A stretch of DNA of 64,000 nucleotides from Octopus bimaculoides (lineage: Eukaryota), in NCBI RefSeq assembly GCF_001194135.2, contig NC_068981.1, positions 71,632,360-71,696,359 of the forward strand, given 5' to 3'. The notes under the pieces were generated by a model. That model ran no database searches. It saw nothing but the letters and a program-made list of their open reading frames with translations, and had not been told where the DNA came from. Position numbers and translations under genes: made by a program. How positions within the stretch are numbered: the first letter of the stretch is position 1; each line of letters begins with the position of its first letter. Positions 48,765 through 59,880 of the stretch are shown in pieces.

Positions 48765-49670
48765 NNNNNNNNNNNNNNNNNNNNNNNNNNNNNNNNNNNN
48801 NNNNNNNNNNNNNNNNNNNNNNNNNNNNNNNNNNNNNNNNNNNNNNNNNNNNNNNNNNNNNNNNNNNNNNNNNNNNNNNNNNNNNNNNNNNNNNNNNNNN
48901 NNNNNNNNNNNNNNNNNNNNNNNNNNNNNNNNNNNNNNNNNNNNNNNNNNNNNNNNNNNNNNNNNNNNNNNNNNNNNNNNNNNNNNNNNNNNNNNNNNNN
49001 NNNNNNNNNNNNNNNNNNNNNNNNNNNNNNNNNNNNNNNNNNNNNNNNNNNNNNNNNNNNNNNNNNNNNNNNNNNNNNNNNNNNNNNNNNNNNNNNNNNN
49101 NNNNNNNNNNNNNNNNNNNNNNNNNNNNNNNNNNNNNNNNNNNNNNNNNNNNNNNNNNNNNNNNNNNNNNNNNNNNNNNNNNNNNNNNNNNNNNNNNNNN
49201 NNNNNNNNNNNNNNNNNNNNNNNNNNNNNNNNNNNNNNNNNNNNNNNNNNNNNNNNNNNNNNNNNNNNNNNNNNNNNNNNNNNNNNNNNNNNNNNNNNNN
49301 NNNNNNNNNNNNNNNNNNNNNNNNNNNNNNNNNNNNNNNNNNNNNNNNNNNNNNNNNNNNNNNNNNNNNNNNNNNNNNNNNNNNNNNNNNNNNNNNNNNN
49401 NNNNNNNNNNNNNNNNNNNNNNNNNNNNNNNNNNNNNNNNNNNNNNNNNNNNNNNNNNNNNNNNNNNNNNNNNNNNNNNNNNNNNNNNNNNNNNNNNNNN
49501 NNNNNNNNNNNNNNNNNNNNNNNNNNNNNNNNNNNNNNNNNNNNNNNNNNNNNNNNNNNNNNNNNNNNNNNNNNNNNNNNNNNNNNNNNNNNNNNNNNNN
49601 NNNNNNNNNNNNNNNNNNNNNNNNNNNNNNNNNNNNNNNNNNNNNNNNNNNNNNNNNNNNNNNNNNNNNN
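48765..49670. other. Assembly gap
   Basis: N run. Confidence 1.
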
Positions 49671-49671
49671 N

Positions 49672-50051
49672 ATGTTTATATGTATTTAGTAGAAAGTGAG
49701 TTATACATCTTTAGATTGTATACCTGACTTTCTACTATAAAATTAATGAATATAACGGAACGCTGAACTCCAGACTATCAACTTAAACAACACTTTATTC
49801 AGGTGGTAAATATATAAACATCTTTAGTTCTTGTTGTTACAGCTTCTGTGTGTATGAGTATAGTTGTTGGGACGTTGTTCTGTAGTTGTGAGCGAGCTGT
49901 CGAGTGTAAGTCCGAAAGATGTAGAGAGACAGCTTAAAATACGTCCATGCTCAATCGCTGGCCAGCGAGAAAGAGAATGAATTGAGCGGGAAACGCTTGC
50001 TTGTTTAATTCTACGCATGCGTAAGACTACGCATGCGCAGGCGTTACTACA
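49672..50051 (-). mobile_element. LTR-like repeat copy 2 (possibly an assembly duplicate across the gap)
   Basis: Appears identical to 48384-48762, including the flanking bases that are visible. Confidence 0.5.
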
Positions 50052-50821
50052 TGTATATGTATGTGTATGTGTGTGTGTTTTCTGAATGATTGTGTTGTGT
50101 GTTTTCATCTATAAAACGGTATAGTTTGGGAATGGAAACCAATTTTAAACACATTATCAATTTGCGTTTCAAAATGCAATTTATGCCATGAAAGTAGTTT
50201 TTTTTTAATACAGATCTGATGCTAGTGCAGTTTTGCACATAGAATAGTTTCACGTTGTAAATGTTTCACCAAAATAAATACATAGATTACACTTGTCAAC
50301 CACACGAAACAGCTACACGTCACTTCCCTTTTCAGACTTTTGTTTTATGGCTCATTTACACTTCCATTTAAAAAAATATAACTTTCTGAACAAGTTTTTA
50401 TTATTTTGACCTTGCGGAATTTTCCCACACTCGTAAAACTTCGGGTTTTGAAAAGTTTTCAGAATTTTGGATAAAAACTCATCATACACGCATACATACG
50501 TAATTATAATACATACACATCTGTTTATGCATACAAATCAGGTATGGTTTGGGTTTTTAGAACATACACGTATTTCACCAAAATACCATAATAATGACAT
50601 AACAGTTGTATAAACATTATGCAATCTTGCACTCCATCATATCAGTGTTCCGCAATAAATGTTTTTATTGTGGAACACTGATGAGGTGAAGTGCAAGATA
50701 GAATAATGTTTCTGCAACTGTTATGTAATTACTACTGATGAGACCTGTATATGTTCTATCAGGCATTGAATACCATACTTGATATATTATTATTAATATT
50801 ACTACTACTACTACTACTATT

Positions 50822-51030
50822 GAAGGCGGCGAACTGCCAGAATCGTTAGGATGCTGGGCAAAATTCTTGGCAGTATTCCGCCTGTCTTTACGTACTGAGT
50901 TCAAATTCTGCCGAGGTGGACTTTGCCTTTCATCCTTGTGAGGTCCATAAATTAAGTACCAGTGAAACACTGGGGTCGATGTAATCGACTTATCCCCTTC
51001 CCCAAAATGGCTGTCCTTGTGACAAAATAA
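50822..51030 (+). mobile_element. SINE family B copy
   Basis: gaaggcggcgaactgccagaatcgttagg..gagttcaaattctgcc. Confidence 0.8.
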
Positions 51031-52610
51031 GAAACCATTATTATTATGGCTATTTTTCGTTTGGCTCGTTTTAACCCAGCCTACCCTGACGTTGATGTCT
51101 CGTATCGTACTACACTGGATTGGAGTCTGGAACCCACTACTGAGCCTGATTTTCGTTTTGTGCAACACTTCATATGTATACGAACACACACTCACATATA
51201 TATGTAGATGTATGTGTCTGCCTGTGTATGTCTACGTATATCTTGGTTGTTATTTTTAGATTTTAAACACTCCTAGAGGGTTATTTTATCTACTAATTGC
51301 ACGAATAGTCTCAGTTAATTGAAGTTTTCAACATACTATACTAGTTATGCGAGACTTTACCGTATGTGTATTTAGTACACAGATCAAAACCCTGGGGCAC
51401 TTTTCGTTAGTTTTGTTGTTGATATAGATAATCAACATCACTACACTTTTTCTATTTCTATATATACTGATCATTTCTGTCTTGCCAACTGAGCTGAATG
51501 CGATTTTTTGAGGTAATGTAATAAGATCGAAATGTTCGTTATTTTCACTAGTTAACCTTAAAAATACAGTGGCCAATGGTCAGATCATTTGCTTCGCAGA
51601 TTTCCAAAAGTGTTTATCTCTTTTTGTGCATCATATCCATTGCTTTCATGCACACTGGAATTGCACAACATGGTCTTTATAGTCTCCAGTCGTGACAATG
51701 ACATTGCTGTTGTAGCGGGGATCCAAACCCTAACTGCTAGGTACTTGGTCAGGCACTACGAGTGAGCCATCACAATTTCACAAGATTGATCTATAAATCG
51801 ACCAGTCAGCGTGAGGCTGTGGCATGATAGAGTTTTCTCGAATGTTCACCAATTTAATCTCCTGTCCCCAATAAAAACTGTTTTTGGCACTAAACTAATT
51901 GTAGAGTGTTGAAGGTGGCTGGTTGATTCATGAGCCTCCTCTCTTGCCATGCAGACGGATCTGGACATTTGTGCAGACAACACCAGGTTCTTGGACTGAC
52001 CATTCTGAACATTCTTACAATGTCTTACAAATAACGTCTACGGATGCAGTGCAACATTTTTTTGCTACCCCAGTCGGAAATTATTAATATTGCTCATTGT
52101 AAATAGCCAAATTATGTCCAGCAATAAATAGCAAGTTAAATGTTTGTGAGTTTGCTTCAGTTATTATTCATGCAGCCAACAATGACATCTCCATTTACAC
52201 TACACCATGTTAATAAAGCCATCCAATTTGGCAATGGTGACACATACTTCTGAAGTATATCAACATACTTCATGACCCAGTCAAGTGACAAGTTAACCTT
52301 GCGACACTGTCATTCATTATCAATGTGTCCCATAAGAGCATCTCACAGAAATATGTACAGCAAATGTAAACTGAGATGTAGACGGGATCCCAGGTGGACA
52401 GACAGAATTTAAGTTTCATTGATATAGATGTATCCAGCTGGTTTGCTATACAAATTTATTTAGCGGATGAATGGTGTCGCAGTTCCTTGAAAACTCATTT
52501 TGTATTTCTTTCCACTACTTTATACAGAACCCATGGAACCAAGAACTTGTAATAATACAAGGGCCAGAAATATGCTTCACACCAGCTAGACTGAAATTAT
52601 TTCATCTCTC

Positions 52611-52784
52611 TGTTTATATGTATTTAGTAGAAAGTGAGTTATACATCTTTAGATTGTATACCTGACTTTCTACTATAAAATTAATGAATATAACGGAACG
52701 CTGAACTCCAGACTATCAACTTAAACAACACTTTATTCAGGTGGTAAATATATAAACATCTTTAGTTCTTGTTGTTACAGCTTC
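52611..52784 (-). mobile_element. Partial third copy of the LTR-like repeat
   Basis: Appears identical to about 48384-48557 and starts at the same TGTTTATATG. Confidence 0.6.
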
Positions 52785-53530
52785 GTTGAATCTCCCATCC
52801 AGCTTATCTTTTGAACACATAACTCACCCATTCTACCTTCATTCTAGTGTTTCTATGATCTTTCCAGATCATATCCACATTGACAGAGTCACCCCTTAAG
52901 TTTTGCAACCTGATAGAAAGTGGAGTATTTCAGATGATATTTTGGCTATCTGATGTCTGTTTTCTGGATCTGAAAGGAAGAGAGGTGGTGTGATTATTTG
53001 ATATCAGTCGAGGGATGTTTATAATTAGTCAGATGTTCACACTCAACCATCCCACTTGTGTAGACCTGAATACAAAATTAGTTATTATGATTATCAAGAT
53101 TTTATGGTTTTATTAGCTAAAGCCACTTGCTATAATCATTACTTTACAGCCTGTAGTGTGTACATTTTATTGTACCATAAGTACTAGAAAGGTTATCCAA
53201 CTAGATTAAAGTGTCCTTTATACATTGTGTCATTTTTTTTATTCACAGTTACTTCTTTCTTTAGATAGCTTACGTTTGTCATGAGTTGCAGAGTTCACTT
53301 CTCCCTTGTGAGGATTTTATTCAGAGTTTTGACTCTCCTACTCAGGCTTCTTTCATAATGGCTGAAGAGCAACGTTTCTCTGTAGCATAGTATGTCAGTA
53401 GAAAGTGAAAGAGCTTTATACGATGTGGTTGTTTGGCTCTGGGTTAACCTCCATGAGCCAGTCAAGACCACATGCATGATCGCCTAGAAATTTTCTTGAC
53501 AAGCTAGTTGAATTAATGACAACAGTTATA

Positions 53531-53747
53531 CAAGGGGGTACTGAAAAGTTCCTGGTTTTAAGAGTGTTGCAAAAGGTCTGGTTGGAGGCCCAACCTTCTG
53601 AGTCCTTTTACAGGGCTTAGAAAAACTGAAGGACTGCTGCAATAAGTATGTGAATCTGAGCAAGGAATTTGTTGAATAAAATCATAATCAACTGACACTC
53701 CTGTATTTTCTTTTACCCAAAGCTATGAACTTTACAGCATCCCCTTG
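53531..53747 (+). mobile_element. Non-autonomous mariner-type MITE
   Basis: TA on both sides. Imperfect 21-nt TIRs (CAAGGGGGTACTGAAAAGTTC vs CAAGGGGATGCTGTAAAGTTC). Interior keeps a transposase C-terminal remnant, KLKDCCNKYVNLSKEFVE*. Confidence 0.75.
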
Positions 53748-54598
53748 TACTTGTCATCATGAGGAGTGAGGTAGGATAGTTATGTCTGTCATTCTACTGA
53801 GCAGACGTATTTACTAAACAGGAGGGAAATAAGTGAATTTCTTAGTAGCAGCAGTAAGAAATTATTTTTCTCTTAGCTTAATTTTATATCTCTTGTTTTT
53901 TTTTGTTTTTTTTGCTGTCCATAAAACCAGTACGAAGGATCGTCCTCTATCTTGGAGTGGCACTTTAGTATTTTTCCCAGTTAGCTGTGCAGAAATATAA
54001 ATAAATTAACAAATAGTTCAATATGTCTTTTGTGGAGCTTCTTCATGGAGGTAGCCAATAAGAGAAGAGAAATTTTAAAGAAAGAATCTGGTCAATTTTT
54101 ATAGTGATAGTAGTAATAAATAATCATCCTTAGTTTAATTTCAGGTCTATGAATATTGATAGGAATCACTTTAGATATTGTGAGCAGGAGGCAAGACAGC
54201 TGGGAGGGTATGTATTGCATACAGAGGATGGCAGTTAACAAAACACATAAAAAAGCTATCCAAATGGAAGGAATTTGCAGAAGAAAAGGACTGAATATTA
54301 TATGGAATGAAGTGGTGCAAGTGACTCTCAGAAGACTAAATATCACAAAAGAGATGACAAAGGGCTGCAAAACGTAGAGAGTGACACTTTGCTAGAGAGG
54401 ACCTGTTTAACACATGCAAGCATAGAAAACAGGCACATGACAACAAAGGTGGCAATGCAATGGCATCAATTGTGCACACATGTGACATCAAATTGGTTGA
54501 GTCATAAGAGAATCTAATAGAATGTCTTATGGTATTTGTTCCAGCTCTCTCCACTCTGAGTTCAAATAGGTAAACTTTGCTTTTCATCCATTTAAGGT

Positions 54599-54810
54599 TC
54601 ATCATCATCATCGTTTAACGTCCAATTTCCATGCTAGCATGGGTGGGACGATTTGACTGAGGACTGGTGAAACCGGATGGCAACACCAGGCTCCAATCTG
54701 ATTTGCCAGAGTTTCTACAGCTGGATGCCCTTCCTAACGCCAACCACTCAGAGAGTGTAGTGGATGCTTTTACATGTCACCCGCACGAAGGCCAGTCAGG
54801 CGGTACTGGC
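54599..54810 (-). mobile_element. RTE 3'-tail copy
   Basis: Nearly identical to 22795-22985. Confidence 0.85.
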
Positions 54811-55574
54811 ATGACTAACCAAAGTATCAGTCCAGGAAAGAGGACAATCTTCAACATGATCCCAACTAAACCAAGAGCCATGCATCTAATAATTAGTTAA
54901 GCTATGTACATTTGTGCTGAAGCAGTACATTATCTAAAATATTTGAAAGGAAGATGCCATTAGTAACTGGGAGCTTTTTACCAATCTCTGCAATATCTAC
55001 AATGCTACCACCACAAAAACACAGAATGTCTTCATGCACAATCTAAGAGCTTCCCTGCATTCTTAAATTCCTTGCAAAACAAGTCTTTATCTACTTGTTG
55101 GCTCTCTTAGCTGTACTCCTGCTCAAAAAGCCTTTACATTTACTACCTTTGTCTACAATTCTACATAAGTCTTGGAAAAAAAACCCTTCTTTCACTACAC
55201 AGTCTCACCTCTGTGCTTGAAAATTCCTCTGATCACTCCAAATCAAGAAAGTAACCATCACTCTCAAACAATGCACTTTAGTGCAACCTCCTTCCTACAG
55301 GAATCTATTCCAATCTTTAAAAACATGTCAGTGTTTCTAATCCCTAGAAAGAGAACCTCTCTGACTTTGCTAACCACCATGTCAATCTTAATCCAAACAT
55401 CTGAAAACAGTTATTTAATAATTAGTCCATGTTCAGCTCTCTTCCGTCACGTTCAGTATAGTTATGAAATTTTATGTGAAAATGCATTAGAGAAATGATT
55501 GAAGAACAATATTTGCTTGATCATTTATTATGTCGATTACAAATATTAGTTGTTTCAATATATAAGATATATGA

Positions 55575-55921
55575 TCGTTACCAGCGTCGCCTTCCTGGCA
55601 CTTGTGCCGGTGGCATGTGAAAAGTCATTCGAGCGAGATCGTTGCCTGTGCCGCTGGACTGGCTCCTGTGCAGGTGACACGTAAAATACACCATTTTGAG
55701 CGTGGCCGTTGCCAGTACTGCCTGACTGGCCTTCGTGCCGGTGGCACGTAAAAGCACTCACTACACTCTTGGAGTGGTTGGCGTTAGGAAGGGCATCCAG
55801 CTGTAGAAACTCTTCCGAGTCGGATTGGAGCCTGGTGTAGCCATCTGGTTCACCAATCCTCAGTCAAATCGTCCAACCCATGCTAGCATGGAAAGTGGAC
55901 GTTAAACGATGATGATGATGA
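55575..55921 (+). mobile_element. RTE 3'-tail copy, CpG-retaining (young)
   Basis: Tail consensus ending in (GAT)n. Confidence 0.85.
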
Positions 55922-56394
55922 TACAACTTCAAGTTGTTTGTAGATCTCTGGTCCATTCTGTATGATAATTAGTAGTTTCATCTGTGATGCTAGTGAGAAA
56001 GACAGAGTAAAAGGAATGCATGCAGATAGAGTTGTGTTCTCATACTCATGACAGGACATACCCGAGGTGAAGGAGTAGCCATGCTTATATTAGTAGGCAC
56101 TGAATTACCAAAAGAAATCAACTGATATTTATTTTACTTATTAAAAATGGCCAACTGAGAACCACAAGGTTCTTCACTGTATCAGTTTTGACCCATAAAT
56201 GCATGGAAAAATCAACTCTAATCTCTAACACTCTAGTTATGCTTTTTTAACACTACAACAGCCTTGATTCTTTTGAAAAGCAGCTGCATCCCGTCTCTGT
56301 GAACTATTTTACCCAGGTTATGTAAGAACTGCAATTTTCTTCACCTGCCATTTTTACTATCTACAAGCTGAACATTTGGTTTCAGATTTTGATA

Positions 56395-56530
56395 GAAGGC
56401 CAGCGATTTCAAGGGAAAGGGTAAGTCAATTATATCAACTGGTACTTATTTTATTGACCCTGAAAGGATGTAAAGCCAAGTCTACCTCAGCAGCATTTGA
56501 ACTCAGAACATAAAGATGGATGAAATGCCA
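56395..56530 (-). mobile_element. SINE family B fragment
   Basis: gaccctgaaaggatgtaaagccaagtctacctcagcagcatttgaactcagaac. Confidence 0.65.
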
Positions 56531-56934
56531 TACTTCAAGCTGAATATTAGCCACATCAATATCACCGGTCTAGGTGGGGGTTACAATGGTCATAGATAAT
56601 GCCCCAATTAAAAAAAAAAAAAAATCAAGACTTCATATCCTTTAATCTTTAATTCCATCGAATTGTATTTGCTTAATCTTTATACTGTTTGAAGTAAGGA
56701 GATTATCTATTTTGATCCTTCCATCAGTTACACCTCATTTATTGAAGATAGTATTTGAGCTGTCAACATTATATTTTCCAATTCTTTTGTTTTTTTTTTA
56801 ACATTAGTAATATGGCATGATAAAAATAATAGTGGGTATTGTTATCTCAGAAATTACTTTATTGATCTGACTGTCCAAGTATTTATTAGATTAGTTTTTG
56901 TTTCCAATAGCTCATACTCTTTATTATTATATAG

Positions 56935-57130
56935 ATCATGGTTCCAGGTTCAGTCCCTGAGTAGCAACTTGGGCAAGTGTCTTCTACTCCAGCATTGGGC
57001 CAACCAAAGCCTTGCAAATAGATGGAAACTGAAAGAAGCCCCATCGTCTGTATTTGTCTCCAACCACTGCTTTTAAAAGAATAAGTACTGGGGTGGATTC
57101 ATTCGACTAAAACCTTTCAATGTGATGCCA
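56935..57130 (+). mobile_element. SINE family C fragment
   Basis: catggttccaggttcagtccc..gggcaagtgtcttctac. Confidence 0.7.
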
Positions 57131-57235
57131 TGGCTTTGTAAAGGCATTTTTTTTCTCATGTGATGGTGTAAAAGCAAAAGATTTCAGTTACAACACATGC
57201 TGTTGCAAACAAGTCAAAGACAAAATGCATCCACT

Positions 57236-57445
57236 AACATCATCATCATTTAACATCCACTTTCCATGCTGGTATGAGTTAGACTGGAACAAGTAAGGGG
57301 AGGGTTACACTTGATTCCAGTGCAATTTGGCACGATTTCTATGGCTGGATGTCCCTCCTAACACCAACTACTCCGAGAAGGTAACAGGTGCTATTTACCT
57401 GACACTGGCAACAGCCATGACTAATTTCATTTGGCTTGACAAGTG
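57236..57445 (-). mobile_element. Old RTE 3'-tail copy
   Basis: (CAT)n ttaacatccactttccatgctgg.. Confidence 0.65.
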
Positions 57446-57779
57446 TAGCATATTGCAAAAATGTATTTTCTGTTGATTCCATATAACACTGAAGTCAGTC
57501 AATAGCAAATGTTTATCAGTTTTACAGAATTCCATGCCACAGCAAAGTTTTCAGGAATGCAATACCTACTTTTATGAGGAATCTTTTTCACCTAGCATTT
57601 GTTTTCTATGCTGGCATGGGTTGGACACTTTGACAGGAGCTGCCCGTCTTGGCAGAGTCATACTGTTTTAATACACACATACATGCAACAGAATTTTAAA
57701 CAGCTCTGATAATGGACGGAATCAACATCTATTGACAAGGTTGCAAAAGCAATGAAAAGTTTTCTAAGACAAAAAACAA

Positions 57780-58160
57780 AATGGAAATTGAACCGGTGAG
57801 TGTGTTAGATGCTGACCAAAGTATTCTTGTGGAATGTAACTAAATGAAGCTTGCTTTTCAACATAGTCCCCCTTGCAGTTCACACACTTCTTCCATAATT
57901 GTAATTTTTGGATCCCATTGGTGAAGAAGCTCTCATTCTGATGGACAAAAAAAAGCCATCAGCAGTAGATACATCATCGTCACTGCGATATTGGTTCTCA
58001 GCCAAGTGATTTTCCTATATTGAGAACAGATGATAGGGCCAAATCAGTACAGAGTGAACAATTAGTCTAAAACCAGAGTCACGCACAGTAGCCATTGAAA
58101 CCAAGGACCTGTGTGTTGGGGCATTGTCCTCATGAAACAAGACCCCTTTCATCAATGGAT
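57780..58160 (-). mobile_element. Mariner transposase 3' fragment, decayed
   Basis: GVLFHEDNAPTH..NQYRSDDDV..FFTNGIQKL..KCVNCKGDYVEK pieced across frameshifts. Confidence 0.75.
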
Positions 58161-59120
58161 GCCTGTATGAATACATATGGTTGAAAAAAAAAAAAACAAA
58201 GGTGAAAGAGCAACAAATAAAAAGTATTAGTTTAATACTCAGGAAAAACAGAAGTTCTTAACATTTTGAACCTACACGAGCAGAAAAAAAAAAGTGTCTA
58301 AATTAAATGGTTTCAAGGGCATGCTGAAACAAACGGAAGATGGTTTGAGGAACAGGTGGCAAGGGAGACAACAATGACCTAAAAAAAATAACTATTGTTC
58401 AAAGCTGGAAATGGATTGGATGGTTTGATAGGATCCAACAGGTTCAAAGACTGCATCATGCTCCACTGTCTATGGTATGATTTCTACTGCCATCCATTTA
58501 ACAGTATGTAGTGGGTACTGAGCTGCTAAATTATTGGGATGTAAACATACGAACACCAATTGTCAAGTAGCATTGAGGGACACAAGTATAAATATATATT
58601 TGAAGTCAGTAGGTTTTTCAATCAATATATTCTGATTACCTGTTATCTTCTGCAGGAGTTTGAGGGTCCTGAGATAAGCCCTTACCACCTTCTGCAAGCT
58701 CTATTCACATGTAAGAAATTAGTAGTCATGACTGTATGACCAAAAGCTTATCTCCCCTACATGGTCTCTGCACAGTACATTGGATAAATACCCCCTTCAG
58801 TCAGGAATGACAATGGGACTGCACCTAGAAACATGCCTGTGCAAAGTTGTTTATGGAACAGTTGCCCATGCATACCAATAGTTATCTACGGAAAAGGAAG
58901 GTACAACTTGGCACCAGTGATGTAAACTAGTTTCTACAGCTTTGTGAACTGGGGCAACATGAAATAAAGTATCTTGCTCAAGAACACAACACAGCCTGGT
59001 CTGGAAATGAAACTCACTACCTCTTGATTGCAAGCCCTGTACTAACCTATCTACAACACAGGTTAACCAGTCTTCTGAGTGGATTTGGTAGTTAGAAAAT
59101 GGAAAGAAGTCCAGTGTGTG

Positions 59121-59162
<42 letters not shown>

Positions 59163-59165
<3 letters not shown>

Positions 59166-59305
59166 TAGGAAGGGCATTCAGCTGCAGAAACTCTGCCAAA
59201 TTAGACTGGAGCCTGGTGTTGCCATCCGGTTTCACCAGTCCTCAGTCAAATCGTCCAACCCATGCTAGCATGGAAAGCGGACGTTAAACGATGATGATGA
59301 TGATG
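59163..59305 (+). mobile_element. Short RTE 3'-tail copy
   Basis: Tail consensus ending in (GAT)n. Confidence 0.85.
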
Positions 59306-59685
59306 ATATGTATGCATGTGCTAAGAGTGCTTCTTTCCTTGTCCAGGAATCACTATTTTCTGTGGATGGCATCTAATCAACATAGTGATTCATTAAAATT
59401 TTTCATGCTCTCAAGTTAAATGATTGTCATCAACATAGTGTAGTTTGCTGTATAAAAGAACTTTAAGAAACATACATGGATGGTAAATGATATGCTTGCA
59501 ACTCTTGTCAAGGCATTGCATACTAATTGTAAATAAGCTTCAGTAGTATACAAAGTGATGCTTGTTATGCATTTGACAATAATCTGAACGCGAAAGGATT
59601 AAACAATGGAAGTGTTTGATAAAACAGCCTGCTACCATTCAACAAAAAAAAAAAAAAAAACCCAACAGAATTTCCGGAATTAACA

Positions 59686-59691
59686 TTTATT
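59686..59691 (-). terminator. Polyadenylation signal AATAAA of RPL10A
   Basis: AATAAA about 19 nt after the stop, followed by a U/GU-rich tract. Confidence 0.7.
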
Positions 59692-59709
59692 CATCTATCT
59701 CAAGAATAC

Positions 59710-59880
59710 CTAATAAAGTCTCTGAGATGGACCCATTGTTGATGTGATATACAGGGCTCGAACATTTTGCCAATTCTTCTTCAGTAACGACACCAAGAAA
59801 TTGATAGCAAGACTGATGTTGGAATACAGCTGATCAGGCTTCATCTTCACATGACCAACGCACACAGATAGACAGAGCAC
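59710..59880 (-). CDS. RPL10A: RPL10A exon 5 (terminal)
   Basis: ccctccactag|GTG CTC TGT to TAT TAG. Confidence 0.95.
   Translation of the reverse strand: MLCLSVCVGHVKMKPDQLYSNISLAINFLVSLLKKNWQNVRALYITSTMGPSQRLY

Noticed and set aside
50675-50775. Two CTGATGAG motifs suggesting hammerheads
   Set aside because: No correctly placed stem II plus GAAA.
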